Positions 20,628 to 29,601 of a stretch of DNA of 64,000 nucleotides are shown here, in pieces. Position numbers and translations under genes: made by a program. The notes below the pieces were generated by a model. The model searched no databases, was not told the DNA's origin, and saw only the letters and a program-made list of their open reading frames with translations. Position 1 is the first letter of the stretch. Every line of letters begins with the position of its first letter. Origin of the DNA: an uncultured delta proteobacterium (GTDB lineage Bacteria; Desulfobacterota; Binatia; Binatales; Binataceae); assembly GCA_963783145.1 (NCBI GenBank), contig CAWAMM010000009.1, forward strand, positions 287,717 to 351,716, given 5' to 3'.

Positions 20628-21048
20628 AAGGCCCGCGAGGCCTGCTGCAACATTACTGGTGTTACCGCTTTCACTAGAACTGAGGAACACCGAGCGCAGG
20701 CGGAAGAAGAAACGGCGGAGACCCAAAAAGGTCCCCGGGAGGGTCGGAATCTGCTTCAACCGTTCCTTCTCACGCCGTTGTCCGTGATGTTGATGGTGAC
20801 CCTCGTAACATACTCGATGCGCGCTGTTCTCACACCGAGTAACGCAAACCCGGATTGTCCCATCTGTAAAGCTAACCCTTACTACGGATTCGCAGACTCA
20901 GGACCAACAATCGGCTACGATTCGCCCGCTTGACGGCGATCATGTAACGACGCAGCGCGAGTGCTATCAACTTCGTTGCGGCCGCAAAGACAGGTTTTGC
21001 GTTTGGTTCCGGCACTCCTGCTGGTACTCTTTTTGTCGGAGGTTCGCG

Positions 21049-21369
21049 ATGAGTAACTCGAACCACAGGATCATTTGCACCGATTGCGGACGCGATCAGC
21101 CAGTCGTCGAGGATGCTATATCGAATCCGGCGATCAAGCCTCCGGAACCGACAAGCGCGACCCCGAATCCGCGGAGCACCGCTCGCGCGCATCTCCATGC
21201 GACCCGCGAGAACGACGCCTGCACCGAGAGGGGCAGTATAAACCACATCGACGTAGTTTGCAGAGGTTCTCCAATCTGCGGCATTCATGACAAAACCGAG
21301 TTCCACGATCCGTATCCGAAGTGTCCCGGTGACCACCAGTGGGTGGGCTGCGAGTCCGATGGCGCGTAA
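21049..21369 (+). CDS. Small Cys-rich protein (putative zinc-binding), first gene of a 3-gene island operon
   Basis: GGAGG RBS 7 nt upstream; 106 aa with CxxC...C...C...CxxC...C pattern; stop overlaps next gene's start (ATGGCGCGTAA). Confidence 0.45.
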   Translation: MSNSNHRIICTDCGRDQPVVEDAISNPAIKPPEPTSATPNPRSTARAHLHATRENDACTERGSINHIDVVCRGSPICGIHDKTEFHDPYPKCPGDHQWVGCESDGA

Positions 21370-22135
21370 ACAACAACCTCCACAGACAGCGCCCGATCTG
21401 CCGCCGGAAAAGGCCTACACCGCTCTCAATCGGCAACTCGAAAAACTGAAACAGTTTAACGGGCGCCGATATGAGCAGATGAAAGCCGAAGAAACCGAAT
21501 GGCAGCAGTTCACGGAAAAGCTCGTGATTCGCTCATTCGGCAGCGACAGCCCGAATCATACGAACTTTCGAAATGCGCTGTTTGCTGGCGAGCACTACAT
21601 CCAGATGTGGGGGGAACGAGATCCGACTCTACCGCAGAGAAATTTCGAAGCTCGGCAACAGGAGTGTACAGCGGCGCTGCGGAGCTGCCTATTGGAGCTC
21701 GAACTCGACATCGGTGAAGGGCCAAGGGGCGTTTACGATCAGGGGCAGGAGTATGAGTACTATCGCGACATTTCTGGAATCCTGAAGCTCGCACAAAAAG
21801 AAATCTTCATAGCGGACCCATATTTGAATAAGGAAATTTTCGAAGTGTACGCCGATGTTATCGACCGAAGCGTGCACTTCCGTTTGCTCGGCACGAACAC
21901 ACCCGCCGACGTTAAAGCAATCGCGCAGATGTATGCGTCAGGCCGCAATTTTGAATTCCGTCAGAGTTCGGCTTTTCATGATAGGGTCCTGTTCGCGGAC
22001 GATCGCGTATGGCTTTCCGGGCAGTCGATTAAGGACGCCGCGAAGAAGAAGCCAACTTACATCGTGGAGCACGACGAGAAGCTGATGCGGCCGGTTTACG
22101 AGACCATATGGCAGTCTGCGACGGTGCTGATCTGA
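21359..22135 (+). CDS. Hypothetical protein (island operon gene 2)
   Basis: 258 aa from ATG 21359, translationally coupled to the upstream gene; no recognised motif. Confidence 0.5.
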   Translation: MARKQQPPQTAPDLPPEKAYTALNRQLEKLKQFNGRRYEQMKAEETEWQQFTEKLVIRSFGSDSPNHTNFRNALFAGEHYIQMWGERDPTLPQRNFEARQQECTAALRSCLLELELDIGEGPRGVYDQGQEYEYYRDISGILKLAQKEIFIADPYLNKEIFEVYADVIDRSVHFRLLGTNTPADVKAIAQMYASGRNFEFRQSSAFHDRVLFADDRVWLSGQSIKDAAKKKPTYIVEHDEKLMRPVYETIWQSATVLI

Positions 22136-23139
22136 TCGTGGCGCCTCAGAAGTCCAAAGGCCGCTCGCCGGGTCCAGCTGGTGTTTCCGAGATCGAAGAT
22201 GGCTTCGCGTTGAGGAAGCTCCGATCGCTAGCCGCCGCCGAGAAATCCCGCACTCCGGAAGCGACGGACCAGTGCGCAATACCGGCCCCGCTGGCGAAGC
22301 ATATTCTTTCTAGCTACACGCTCGCTAATCCGACTAGCAAACGCGCTGTTTCCGATTACGTCTGGACGCAGGCTCGTGGTGAGAAGGTGTTGCACGCCGA
22401 GAAGGTGAAGACCGAACGCGCATTGGGCAGCGATCACGATTGTTGGGATGTTCATACAAATGCTGATCGCTATTGGGTGATAACCTCGCCGACGAATCTG
22501 TATTCGCAGCACGACTTCCCCAGCCTGGACTTCACGCTCTCGTTTCACATCGGTGTTACTGCTCGGATAGTGGAGCGCTCGCGCGGCGCACCGAACGACG
22601 CCCAAAAGGCGAGAATGCCACCGGTATGGCGACGGTGGGAGCAAGCCGCCGAGACGCTGGATATGGCGCAGGAGGCTGAAGATTTTCAGGCGGTGGGCAT
22701 GAAGTGTCGCGAATGCCTCCTCGAACTCGTACGCTCGCTTTCGCGACCTGGGATAGTGCCGTCCGGCGAAGATCCCCCACAGGGAAGTAACTTCTTAGCG
22801 TGGTCGGGATTCATCGCAAACAACGTGGCAGCAGGAACGAGCGCAGATCGAATCCGAGGGCATCTGAAATCCACCGCAAAATCGGCGTGGGAATTGGCGA
22901 GCTGGTTGACGCACGCAACCGGAGCCGGACATCACGATGCTGAATTCGTCCTCGACGCGACCCACAACGTAATCGCAATTTTCGGACAGGCGGTCATCCG
23001 GCATGAGAGCGGGATGCCGGAGCGCTGCCCCAGGTGCAGCTCGTACAATCTCGACGTGGGCTTCAATCCTGAACTGGCCCGTCCGTACGTTACCGAATGC
23101 GAAGAGTGCGGCTGGCAGAGTCCGGTCGCCGAGAAATGA
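22108..23139 (+). CDS. Hypothetical protein with C-terminal zinc ribbon (island operon gene 3)
   Basis: 343 aa; overlaps gene 2 by 28 nt; C-terminal CPRCSS...CEECGW. Confidence 0.5.
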   Translation: MAVCDGADLIVAPQKSKGRSPGPAGVSEIEDGFALRKLRSLAAAEKSRTPEATDQCAIPAPLAKHILSSYTLANPTSKRAVSDYVWTQARGEKVLHAEKVKTERALGSDHDCWDVHTNADRYWVITSPTNLYSQHDFPSLDFTLSFHIGVTARIVERSRGAPNDAQKARMPPVWRRWEQAAETLDMAQEAEDFQAVGMKCRECLLELVRSLSRPGIVPSGEDPPQGSNFLAWSGFIANNVAAGTSADRIRGHLKSTAKSAWELASWLTHATGAGHHDAEFVLDATHNVIAIFGQAVIRHESGMPERCPRCSSYNLDVGFNPELARPYVTECEECGWQSPVAEK

Positions 23140-23805
23140 CTAGTCTAACAGACTCACTTTTGGCGGCGGACATTGCCAAATCACCTAGTTCGCTGCTTCG
23201 GTTAACAGCTTCTCTCTGGCCTTATTGAGCCGAGATACAATTGATGCATGCAATGTCTCCAGCTACGACTGTCATCTTCCCGCGGCAGTGATCGAGATGG
23301 TCAAGCACGGATTCAAAATCCGGATAGTCGTCACGGATAAACTCGATTGGTCAAAGGGCTACAAGGAGGGACGCAGAGACTCCCCACGGTCCATCCCGAA
23401 GCCGATCTGTCAGATTACGTGGCTGGAATGCCGTTTCCGCTGGTGGACACAGCTTTGGCTATTCGGGTTCGGGCGCGGCAACAAAGCAGGTACGGCGAGC
23501 CGCACTTCCCTTCGTCTGCGATCAGTTCAGCGTCATCCGCATCGCAGCGAGGTAGGAACTCGCCAAACCGGCTCCTTCCAGCAGGGCGCCAACGGCTTTG
23601 CCCCGACACGCCCTCATTTGAACGGCCTCCGAAATTTCGCCTGATTTGTCACGGCACCAGCAGAAATTAAATCAGAGAAAAAGCTCTCGGATTCCTCCAT
23701 TGCCGGCTTGTGCGGCTTTCTCTGGTGCCGTTAGTGATCCAAAATCGGCCCGAAAAGCGGCGATTTTGAGAAAATTTGTGAAGAATCTAGGATCCGACGG
23801 ACTGA

Positions 23806-23896
23806 GTGGCGGAGAGGGAGGGATTCGAACCCCCGGAGCCGTTAGGCTCACCTGATTTCGAGTCAGGCCGGTTAAACCAAACTCCCGAACCTCTCC
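23806..23896 (-). tRNA. tRNA-Ser (anticodon CGA), class II with long variable arm
   Basis: Reverse complement folds as GGAGAGG acceptor, 3-bp D-stem, CCTGA/TCAGG anticodon stem with loop CTCGAAA, 16-nt variable arm, T-arm GGGGGTTCGAATCCCTC, discriminator G and CCA. Confidence 0.9.
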
Positions 23897-23989
23897 GCGC
23901 GAGCCTTCCAGCATTTCCGTTACAGGCCGAACAGTCAAGCGAGTGCCCCGGCTGGCGAGCGCGCCGCGATGTTGCCATAAGCTAGTCGC

Positions 23990-24616
23990 GTGTTCCGAGG
24001 AAAATGGATCGTCGCGCTAACCATCGCAGGTTGCCTCGCCGGCTTCACGCGGGTGTGCGCGGACTCCGGCGATAACGATGCCAACGTAGGCTTCTTTGCG
24101 AAGCCCAAATATATTGGCAGCGTTTATTGTTACGCCTGTCACCTCGATCTCTCTCGCGAGTTTGCCAAAACCAAAATGGGCCGGCTCTTCCAGCTCAAAC
24201 CGCGCAACGACCTCGAGCGCCGCGGGTGCGAAGGATGCCACGGGCCAGGCAGCAATCACGCAATCACCGGCGGAGGCCTCGGGATGGGCGGGCTGGTCGA
24301 GTTTCGCATCGACCCCAACCAATCGCCGCGGCAATCGATCACGACCGCCAACCGCGTTTGCCTCAACTGTCACGACGAAGCCTTCTGGCATGGCGCCACC
24401 CACGGCGCGCAAACCCTGGCGTGTTTCGATTGCCATCTGGTGATGACGCGGATGAGCCGCACCGCGCAGCTGATGCCGGCCTACGTCGCGCCGTGGAATA
24501 CCCGGCGCACCTGGAGCCTCGCCATCGGAGGAGGAATCATCGCGGGAATTTTTACCGGCGCGTTTTTTCGCCGCCGCCGTATCCCGCTCGAGGAGCGCTC
24601 CGATGAGCCTGCTTGA
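23990..24616 (+). CDS. Tetrahaem c-type cytochrome with C-terminal TM anchor
   Basis: Four CxxCH motifs (CYACH, CEGCH, CLNCH, CFDCH); N-terminal signal peptide; C-terminal hydrophobic helix. Confidence 0.8.
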   Translation: MFRGKWIVALTIAGCLAGFTRVCADSGDNDANVGFFAKPKYIGSVYCYACHLDLSREFAKTKMGRLFQLKPRNDLERRGCEGCHGPGSNHAITGGGLGMGGLVEFRIDPNQSPRQSITTANRVCLNCHDEAFWHGATHGAQTLACFDCHLVMTRMSRTAQLMPAYVAPWNTRRTWSLAIGGGIIAGIFTGAFFRRRRIPLEERSDEPA

Positions 24617-25211
24617 TTTCGCGCGCGGCGCGGGCCTGCATTGGGCGCTGGTGATCATGGTCACCGGATTCTTCTGGCGCGGCACCGATTTTGCCCTGCG
24701 CCGCGGCGAGCGCGACCTGCATTGGCTGCGCAAGGGACTGCATGTCCCCAATCGTCGATGGCAAATCGATAGCTACGTGATGCACGCCGGGTTGCTGATT
24801 GCACTGTTCGGCTTCGCGCCGCACATACTCTTCATCAGCACGCTGACCGGCCTTGGATGGCCGAGTTTCCCGATCGTGGTGGTGCTCGCGGCCGCGGTGA
24901 TCTCCGTCGCCTCGATGGTCGCGGTCCTGCTTCATCGCCTGAAGACGGCCGAGCCGAGTATTTTCTCTTCCTTCGACGACTACTTCACCTGGAGTGCGGT
25001 CTTCATTGCGATGGCGACCGGGCTCCTGTGCTATCCGCACCTCGGCGGCGCGCCCGCGTTCGGTCCCTATGCGATGCTGCTGACGGCGCATCTGCTGGCG
25101 GTTGAGATGCTGATGATCTGGCTGCCGTTCGGCAAGCTGATCCATGTCGCCTTCATGCCGATGCTCCAGGCGGCCGCCGCGATCCGTCATTTTGTAGTGA
25201 AATCATCGTAG
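24603..25211 (+). CDS. NarI/DsrM-like dihaem cytochrome b membrane subunit
   Basis: 202 aa, 5 predicted TM with conserved His in helices 2 and 5; 14-nt overlap with the cytochrome c gene. Confidence 0.6.
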   Translation: MSLLDFARGAGLHWALVIMVTGFFWRGTDFALRRGERDLHWLRKGLHVPNRRWQIDSYVMHAGLLIALFGFAPHILFISTLTGLGWPSFPIVVVLAAAVISVASMVAVLLHRLKTAEPSIFSSFDDYFTWSAVFIAMATGLLCYPHLGGAPAFGPYAMLLTAHLLAVEMLMIWLPFGKLIHVAFMPMLQAAAAIRHFVVKSS

Positions 25212-25587
25212 AGGGGCGGTTCGGCGCGGCAGGTTGTTGCGGCCTCGCAACGATAGTTGTAACGCGCGCTGATAGCGCAACGCGGCGCTCCGTAATCACT
25301 GACTTTTCTGGTGGGCGTCCAGCTGGCATGGCACATGCTCTACGCCCACCCAGAACGGACGCTGCATCTCCATTGCTACGGCAAAGGGGGAAGATGCCGA
25401 GGTCCGATTCCGGGGGAAGGGGTGGATGACGCGCGCGACGGAACATTACATCGACCTGGTTCCGAGGTGACCGCCCACGCGCCGTTTTTCTCCGGATCGA
25501 CACGCCACGATTTTCTTTGGGACGCGGGAACTATGAACAGGGAGCCGGCTGCCAAAGTCGGGTAACAACCTAAGGAGGGACACGGGA

Positions 25588-25758
25588 ATGGAATTGATCA
25601 CCAAAATGTTCGTGAAGGCGCAGAATTGGCAGAAGGGCCAGACGATGACCGAGTACGCCTTGATCCTGGCCGCGGTCGCGGTCGTGGTGTACGGAGGCTA
25701 CAAAGCGATGGGCACCTCCATCACTACCTTGCTCAGCTCGATCGACTCGAACCTGTAA
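25588..25758 (+). CDS. flp: Flp/Fap-family type IVb pilin (56 aa, absent from ORF track)
   Basis: MELITKMFVKAQNWQKGQTMTEYALILAAVAVVVYGGY: prepilin peptidase site G/xxxxEY plus hydrophobic helix. AAGGAGGG RBS at 25572-25579. Confidence 0.8.
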   Translation: MELITKMFVKAQNWQKGQTMTEYALILAAVAVVVYGGYKAMGTSITTLLSSIDSNL

Positions 25759-25928
25759 GCCAGGCGCGAACCTAGGACCGATCGGAATGCCGGCGGCGGC
25801 GCGATCTGCGAGCGGCCGCCGGCAATCGATTCGCGCCCGGCCCCATAGCGTATCAAGAAGATCGAGAAGGCGCCGAGGTCGGAATCATTAGCGGGAGTTC
25901 CTGTCATCGGCGTACGAAATGTCTGAAA

Positions 25929-26867
25929 ATGAGTATTGCCAGGCATATCGACGAGAGCGCTCCCGGTGACGGGCTTTGGTGGGGATGGTTTACAGTTGGA
26001 TTGGTCGGTGCGATCGATTCGGTCTGGGCCTGGCACACCGGCTTCGATTTCCACGGTTTCCCGCAGGCGATTCTAATCGTCGGCACCCTGGTAACGATCG
26101 GGCTCTACTATGGCTATAGCGGGCGCAATCCGCGCTTTCGCGATCTCGGTCACTATCTCGCGTTGTGGTTGGTCTTTCCGCTCGCACTAAACATTTATTC
26201 TTACCTGGCTGCCACCTTGCACTTTCCGCTGTGCGACGCCCAGTTGTCGGCACTCGACGAGTCGCTTGGATTTCATTGGTTGCTATGGGCAAGGCCGATC
26301 TATGCGCATAAAGTCGCGAAGCTGGCTCTGCTGCTGGCCTATGACAGTATCTTTCTTCAAGGCTTTGCTTCGGTCGCATTTTTCGCGCTGACGGGTAATA
26401 CCCAGCGCAATCGCGAACTCCTCTGGATTGCAATGCTGGCGGCTATCGCGACGGTGGTTATCTCAGGTTTTGCCCCCGCGCTCGGGCCGATGACTGCCGG
26501 TCACGTCCCGGAGTGGACGAAGGTATTGCTCAAGCTCCGTGACGGCTCGATGACCAGTACTGCGTTATGGAATATGAATGGAATTGTCGCGTTCCCTTCT
26601 TTTCATACCGTCCTTGGCGTGGTCTTTATCTACGTCCATCGGCCGCCCTCCTGGACTTTCATACCGATCGCCGTGCTCAATAGCGCCGTGCTCGTCGCCA
26701 CCCCGTTCATGGGGCATCATTACCTGATCGATGTATTTGCGGGGGCGGCGATTACGATGCTTGCTATCATCGCATACCGTCTCGCGACCGCGCCCGCCCG
26801 TGAGCGCAGCGGCATCGTCGCGGCGACTCGGCCAGTGATGGCGATGCAGCAAGCCGAGCGTCACTAA
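25929..26867 (+). CDS. PAP2-superfamily membrane protein
   Basis: Multi-TM; PSFH...GHHYLIDVFAG PAP2 phosphatase motifs. Confidence 0.65.
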   Translation: MSIARHIDESAPGDGLWWGWFTVGLVGAIDSVWAWHTGFDFHGFPQAILIVGTLVTIGLYYGYSGRNPRFRDLGHYLALWLVFPLALNIYSYLAATLHFPLCDAQLSALDESLGFHWLLWARPIYAHKVAKLALLLAYDSIFLQGFASVAFFALTGNTQRNRELLWIAMLAAIATVVISGFAPALGPMTAGHVPEWTKVLLKLRDGSMTSTALWNMNGIVAFPSFHTVLGVVFIYVHRPPSWTFIPIAVLNSAVLVATPFMGHHYLIDVFAGAAITMLAIIAYRLATAPARERSGIVAATRPVMAMQQAERH

Positions 26868-26937
26868 GAGACGGCAGAAGACTCGCCGCGGCGAGGTAGT
26901 CGTCGCCGGCCGTCCTTAGCACTGTTGGACGAGCGCC

Positions 26938-28191
26938 ATGCTTGCCGCTAGCCACGCGCTGAAGGATGATTGGCGGCGCATGGCTTCCAACCCTGATCGA
27001 TTTCCCGAGGATTGCGATCCGACCCTGCCCGGCTATCCCGATCCCTATCCTTACTATCATCGTCTGCGCAGCGCCGATCCGGTTCACTTCAGTGAGTTCA
27101 TGCGCGGTTGGGTTCTCACGCGGCATGCGGATGCGGTCGCGTATCTGAAAGATCGGCGCTTCAGCCGCGCCGCATACCTTCAGAAGATGCGCGCCGAGTT
27201 TGGCGCCGATGAACCGATCTTTGCCTTCCAGGCTCATGAGCTGGCGTTCACCGATCCTCCTGACCACACCTGGATGAAAAATGTCTTCGGTAAGGCGTTC
27301 AGTCCCGCAGCGATCGCACATATCCGTCCGAAGACCGAGGAAATCGTGCGCGCGAGGCTCGACGCCTTAGCCGGCCAAAGTGAAATCGATATCGTCGCGG
27401 AGGTCGCCTATCCGATTCCAGCCGACGTGATCGCGGCGATGCTGGGTGCGCCCGCCCAGGATTGGGAGCAACTGCGCGAGCTGGTCGACGGCATCGTAAT
27501 CTCGCGCGGCATCGTGCGCACGCCCGAAATGATGGAAGAAGGCAGCCGTTCGGTGCGGCGCTTCAATGATTACTTCGTCGGACTGGTGGATGAACGGCGG
27601 CGCAAGCCCGCGGACGATCTGCTGAGCGCGATCCTGGTCGCCGAGGAGAACGGACGCAAGCTCTCGGCGGAGCAGGTCCTGTCGATGGTGGAGACCTTGT
27701 TCGCGGCGGGTCACGCGACCACTCGCAGTCTCATCGCAAATGGCATGCTGGCCTTGCTGAAGCATCCGGAGGAGCTGAAGAAGCTGCGCGAAAAACCCGC
27801 TCTGATAGCTAGCGCGGTCGAGGAAATGCTACGTTACGAATCACCCACTCAGGCGCCTTCGCCGCAGGCCGCGCTGGAGGATATTCAAATCGGCGGTAAG
27901 ACGATTCGAAAGGATGACATCGTTACGGTGCTCTTCGGAGCGGCCAATCGCGATCCGGCCAGATTTCCCGATCCCGATCGCTTTGATATCGAGCGCGCCG
28001 ACAACGAGCATCTCGCCTTCTCGATGGGAATCCACTACTGCCTGGGTGCCGGCCTCGCGCGCCTCGAAGCACAGATCGCAATCGCAGCGATAGTCGCGCG
28101 CTATCCGAATATTCAACTAGCGGGCGGTGAGCCGGAGTGGCGCAGCATGGGGCGGTTTCGCGGACTCAAATCGCTGGCGGTACGCATCTAG
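26938..28191 (+). CDS. Cytochrome P450
   Basis: Haem-binding FSMGIHYCLGAGLARLE (FxxGxHxCxG); ETLFAAGHATT I-helix; EEMLRYESP. Confidence 0.9.
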   Translation: MLAASHALKDDWRRMASNPDRFPEDCDPTLPGYPDPYPYYHRLRSADPVHFSEFMRGWVLTRHADAVAYLKDRRFSRAAYLQKMRAEFGADEPIFAFQAHELAFTDPPDHTWMKNVFGKAFSPAAIAHIRPKTEEIVRARLDALAGQSEIDIVAEVAYPIPADVIAAMLGAPAQDWEQLRELVDGIVISRGIVRTPEMMEEGSRSVRRFNDYFVGLVDERRRKPADDLLSAILVAEENGRKLSAEQVLSMVETLFAAGHATTRSLIANGMLALLKHPEELKKLREKPALIASAVEEMLRYESPTQAPSPQAALEDIQIGGKTIRKDDIVTVLFGAANRDPARFPDPDRFDIERADNEHLAFSMGIHYCLGAGLARLEAQIAIAAIVARYPNIQLAGGEPEWRSMGRFRGLKSLAVRI

Positions 28192-28215
28192 AAGCGCGCG
28201 ATCCGGCAACCTTTT

Positions 28216-29601
28216 CTACGGAATCGGGATCGCGGCGGACGCGGGATTCCAGAACGTGCTCCCATTGATACCGCCGGTCGGGCTCGCGCCGAAAACCGGC
28301 TGCGAAAGGTCAACCTGAACCACAAACAGTGGCGTAGTTGCGCCCGGCACCCACGGATGGGGCGTCTGATTAGTATCGGCCAGCATATAGGCCAGATTGC
28401 GCCGCGGATCGATCGCGAGCGAGCCCGGATCGTCGATGACGACGAGTTGGGTCTCAACTCCACCCACATCGCCCTTAGGAATCACGCCGGCCGCGATCGT
28501 ATAGGCTGAGTTACGGCCAGGTCGGGTGTTGGTGCCGGGCTGGCCATTATTGTCGAGGCCCCCTTTCGCGATATGGGTGGGCAACTGGATCAGCTTGAAG
28601 TTCTGGCCGAACTGATCCGCGATGAATCCTTGATGAGTCACGCAGTCTACTATCGCGAGTCCGCCCGGCCCTTGCCCGACCGGGTCAAGGAAACCTAGCC
28701 CACCGACATAGACGTTGGTTGCATAAGCCGGTGAGGCGGTCAGATTTACGTTGGTGAAATTGAAGGCATAGCTGCTATCGGACTTGTTCATCTGGGACTG
28801 AAACAGGATGTTGGTGCCGACGTCGAACGCGACTCCATTGGAGAAGCTTTCGTTAGGATCGATTTGGAAACCGATCGGCGTCAGCGGTGTGTCTCCAGTG
28901 TCGATGACAAGGTTGTTGCCCAGATTGGAAATAAAGAGCAGCCCGGTGAAAGAGTCGAGCGCCATCGAGTCGATGGTGATTTGCATACTGGACAGGTCAA
29001 CGATCGAGGCCGGATTCCACGTCGGCGGGCTGGTCGAGGTATCCAGAATTCCCAGGTCGCTGGTACCCGCGACAATCGCGGTGTTGGACACGAAATTCTC
29101 TACGATGCCGCCGCTCATGCCGGTGTCACTCAGATCAGTCGCAACTATCGAGTTCACCACGGACTCGGTGGTTGGATCGATCTGGTAGATGTGAACCTGA
29201 TTGGCGCCGTCGCGTGCTTCGGCCAGGATCGAAGGTCCCTGCGGATTGTAGACCTCGGATATAGGTTGGACGGAGCCGGTCAGCGAGATGGTCTTCAGGA
29301 CCGGATTGGCGGCGCCCACCGTGAGATCGATGACTGCGAGTTGCGCGTTCCTGCTGTTATCGAGCTGATAGATCGCGACGTAGCCGACATTACGCACCGG
29401 GTCGATCGCGATGAGCGATTGACCCGAGCAGGCTTGCGGGAACGGCACCGGCGTTGGCGTCGGCGCCGCGGAAGGAGCGTGATTGTCGGCGCCGCATGCC
29501 ATCAGCATCACTACCTGAGCTACTAACAGCGCGACTAACAGCAGCCACGACAGGGGATGTCGAATCCTCGAGGCGCGGGTGGATGCCGGCCGGTCAGCCA
29601 T
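28216..29601 (-). CDS. Secreted lipoprotein with LVIVD-like beta-propeller repeats
   Basis: Signal peptide with lipobox LMAC; repeated LAVIDL/LVIDTGD/LAIVD/LVVIDD motifs. Confidence 0.5.
   Translation of the reverse strand: MADRPASTRASRIRHPLSWLLLVALLVAQVVMLMACGADNHAPSAAPTPTPVPFPQACSGQSLIAIDPVRNVGYVAIYQLDNSRNAQLAVIDLTVGAANPVLKTISLTGSVQPISEVYNPQGPSILAEARDGANQVHIYQIDPTTESVVNSIVATDLSDTGMSGGIVENFVSNTAIVAGTSDLGILDTSTSPPTWNPASIVDLSSMQITIDSMALDSFTGLLFISNLGNNLVIDTGDTPLTPIGFQIDPNESFSNGVAFDVGTNILFQSQMNKSDSSYAFNFTNVNLTASPAYATNVYVGGLGFLDPVGQGPGGLAIVDCVTHQGFIADQFGQNFKLIQLPTHIAKGGLDNNGQPGTNTRPGRNSAYTIAAGVIPKGDVGGVETQLVVIDDPGSLAIDPRRNLAYMLADTNQTPHPWVPGATTPLFVVQVDLSQPVFGASPTGGINGSTFWNPASAAIPIP

Noticed and set aside
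20872-21336. 154-aa minus-strand ORF overlapping the Cys-rich gene of the island operon.
   Set aside because: It is antisense to a gene with an RBS and translational coupling to its neighbour. No motifs.
23225-23805. ORFs of 60-139 aa between the island operon and tRNA-Ser.
   Set aside because: Low-complexity, no RBS or motifs, and overlapping each other. The region is more likely island-derived non-coding or degenerate DNA. An sRNA cannot be excluded but is not supportable from sequence.
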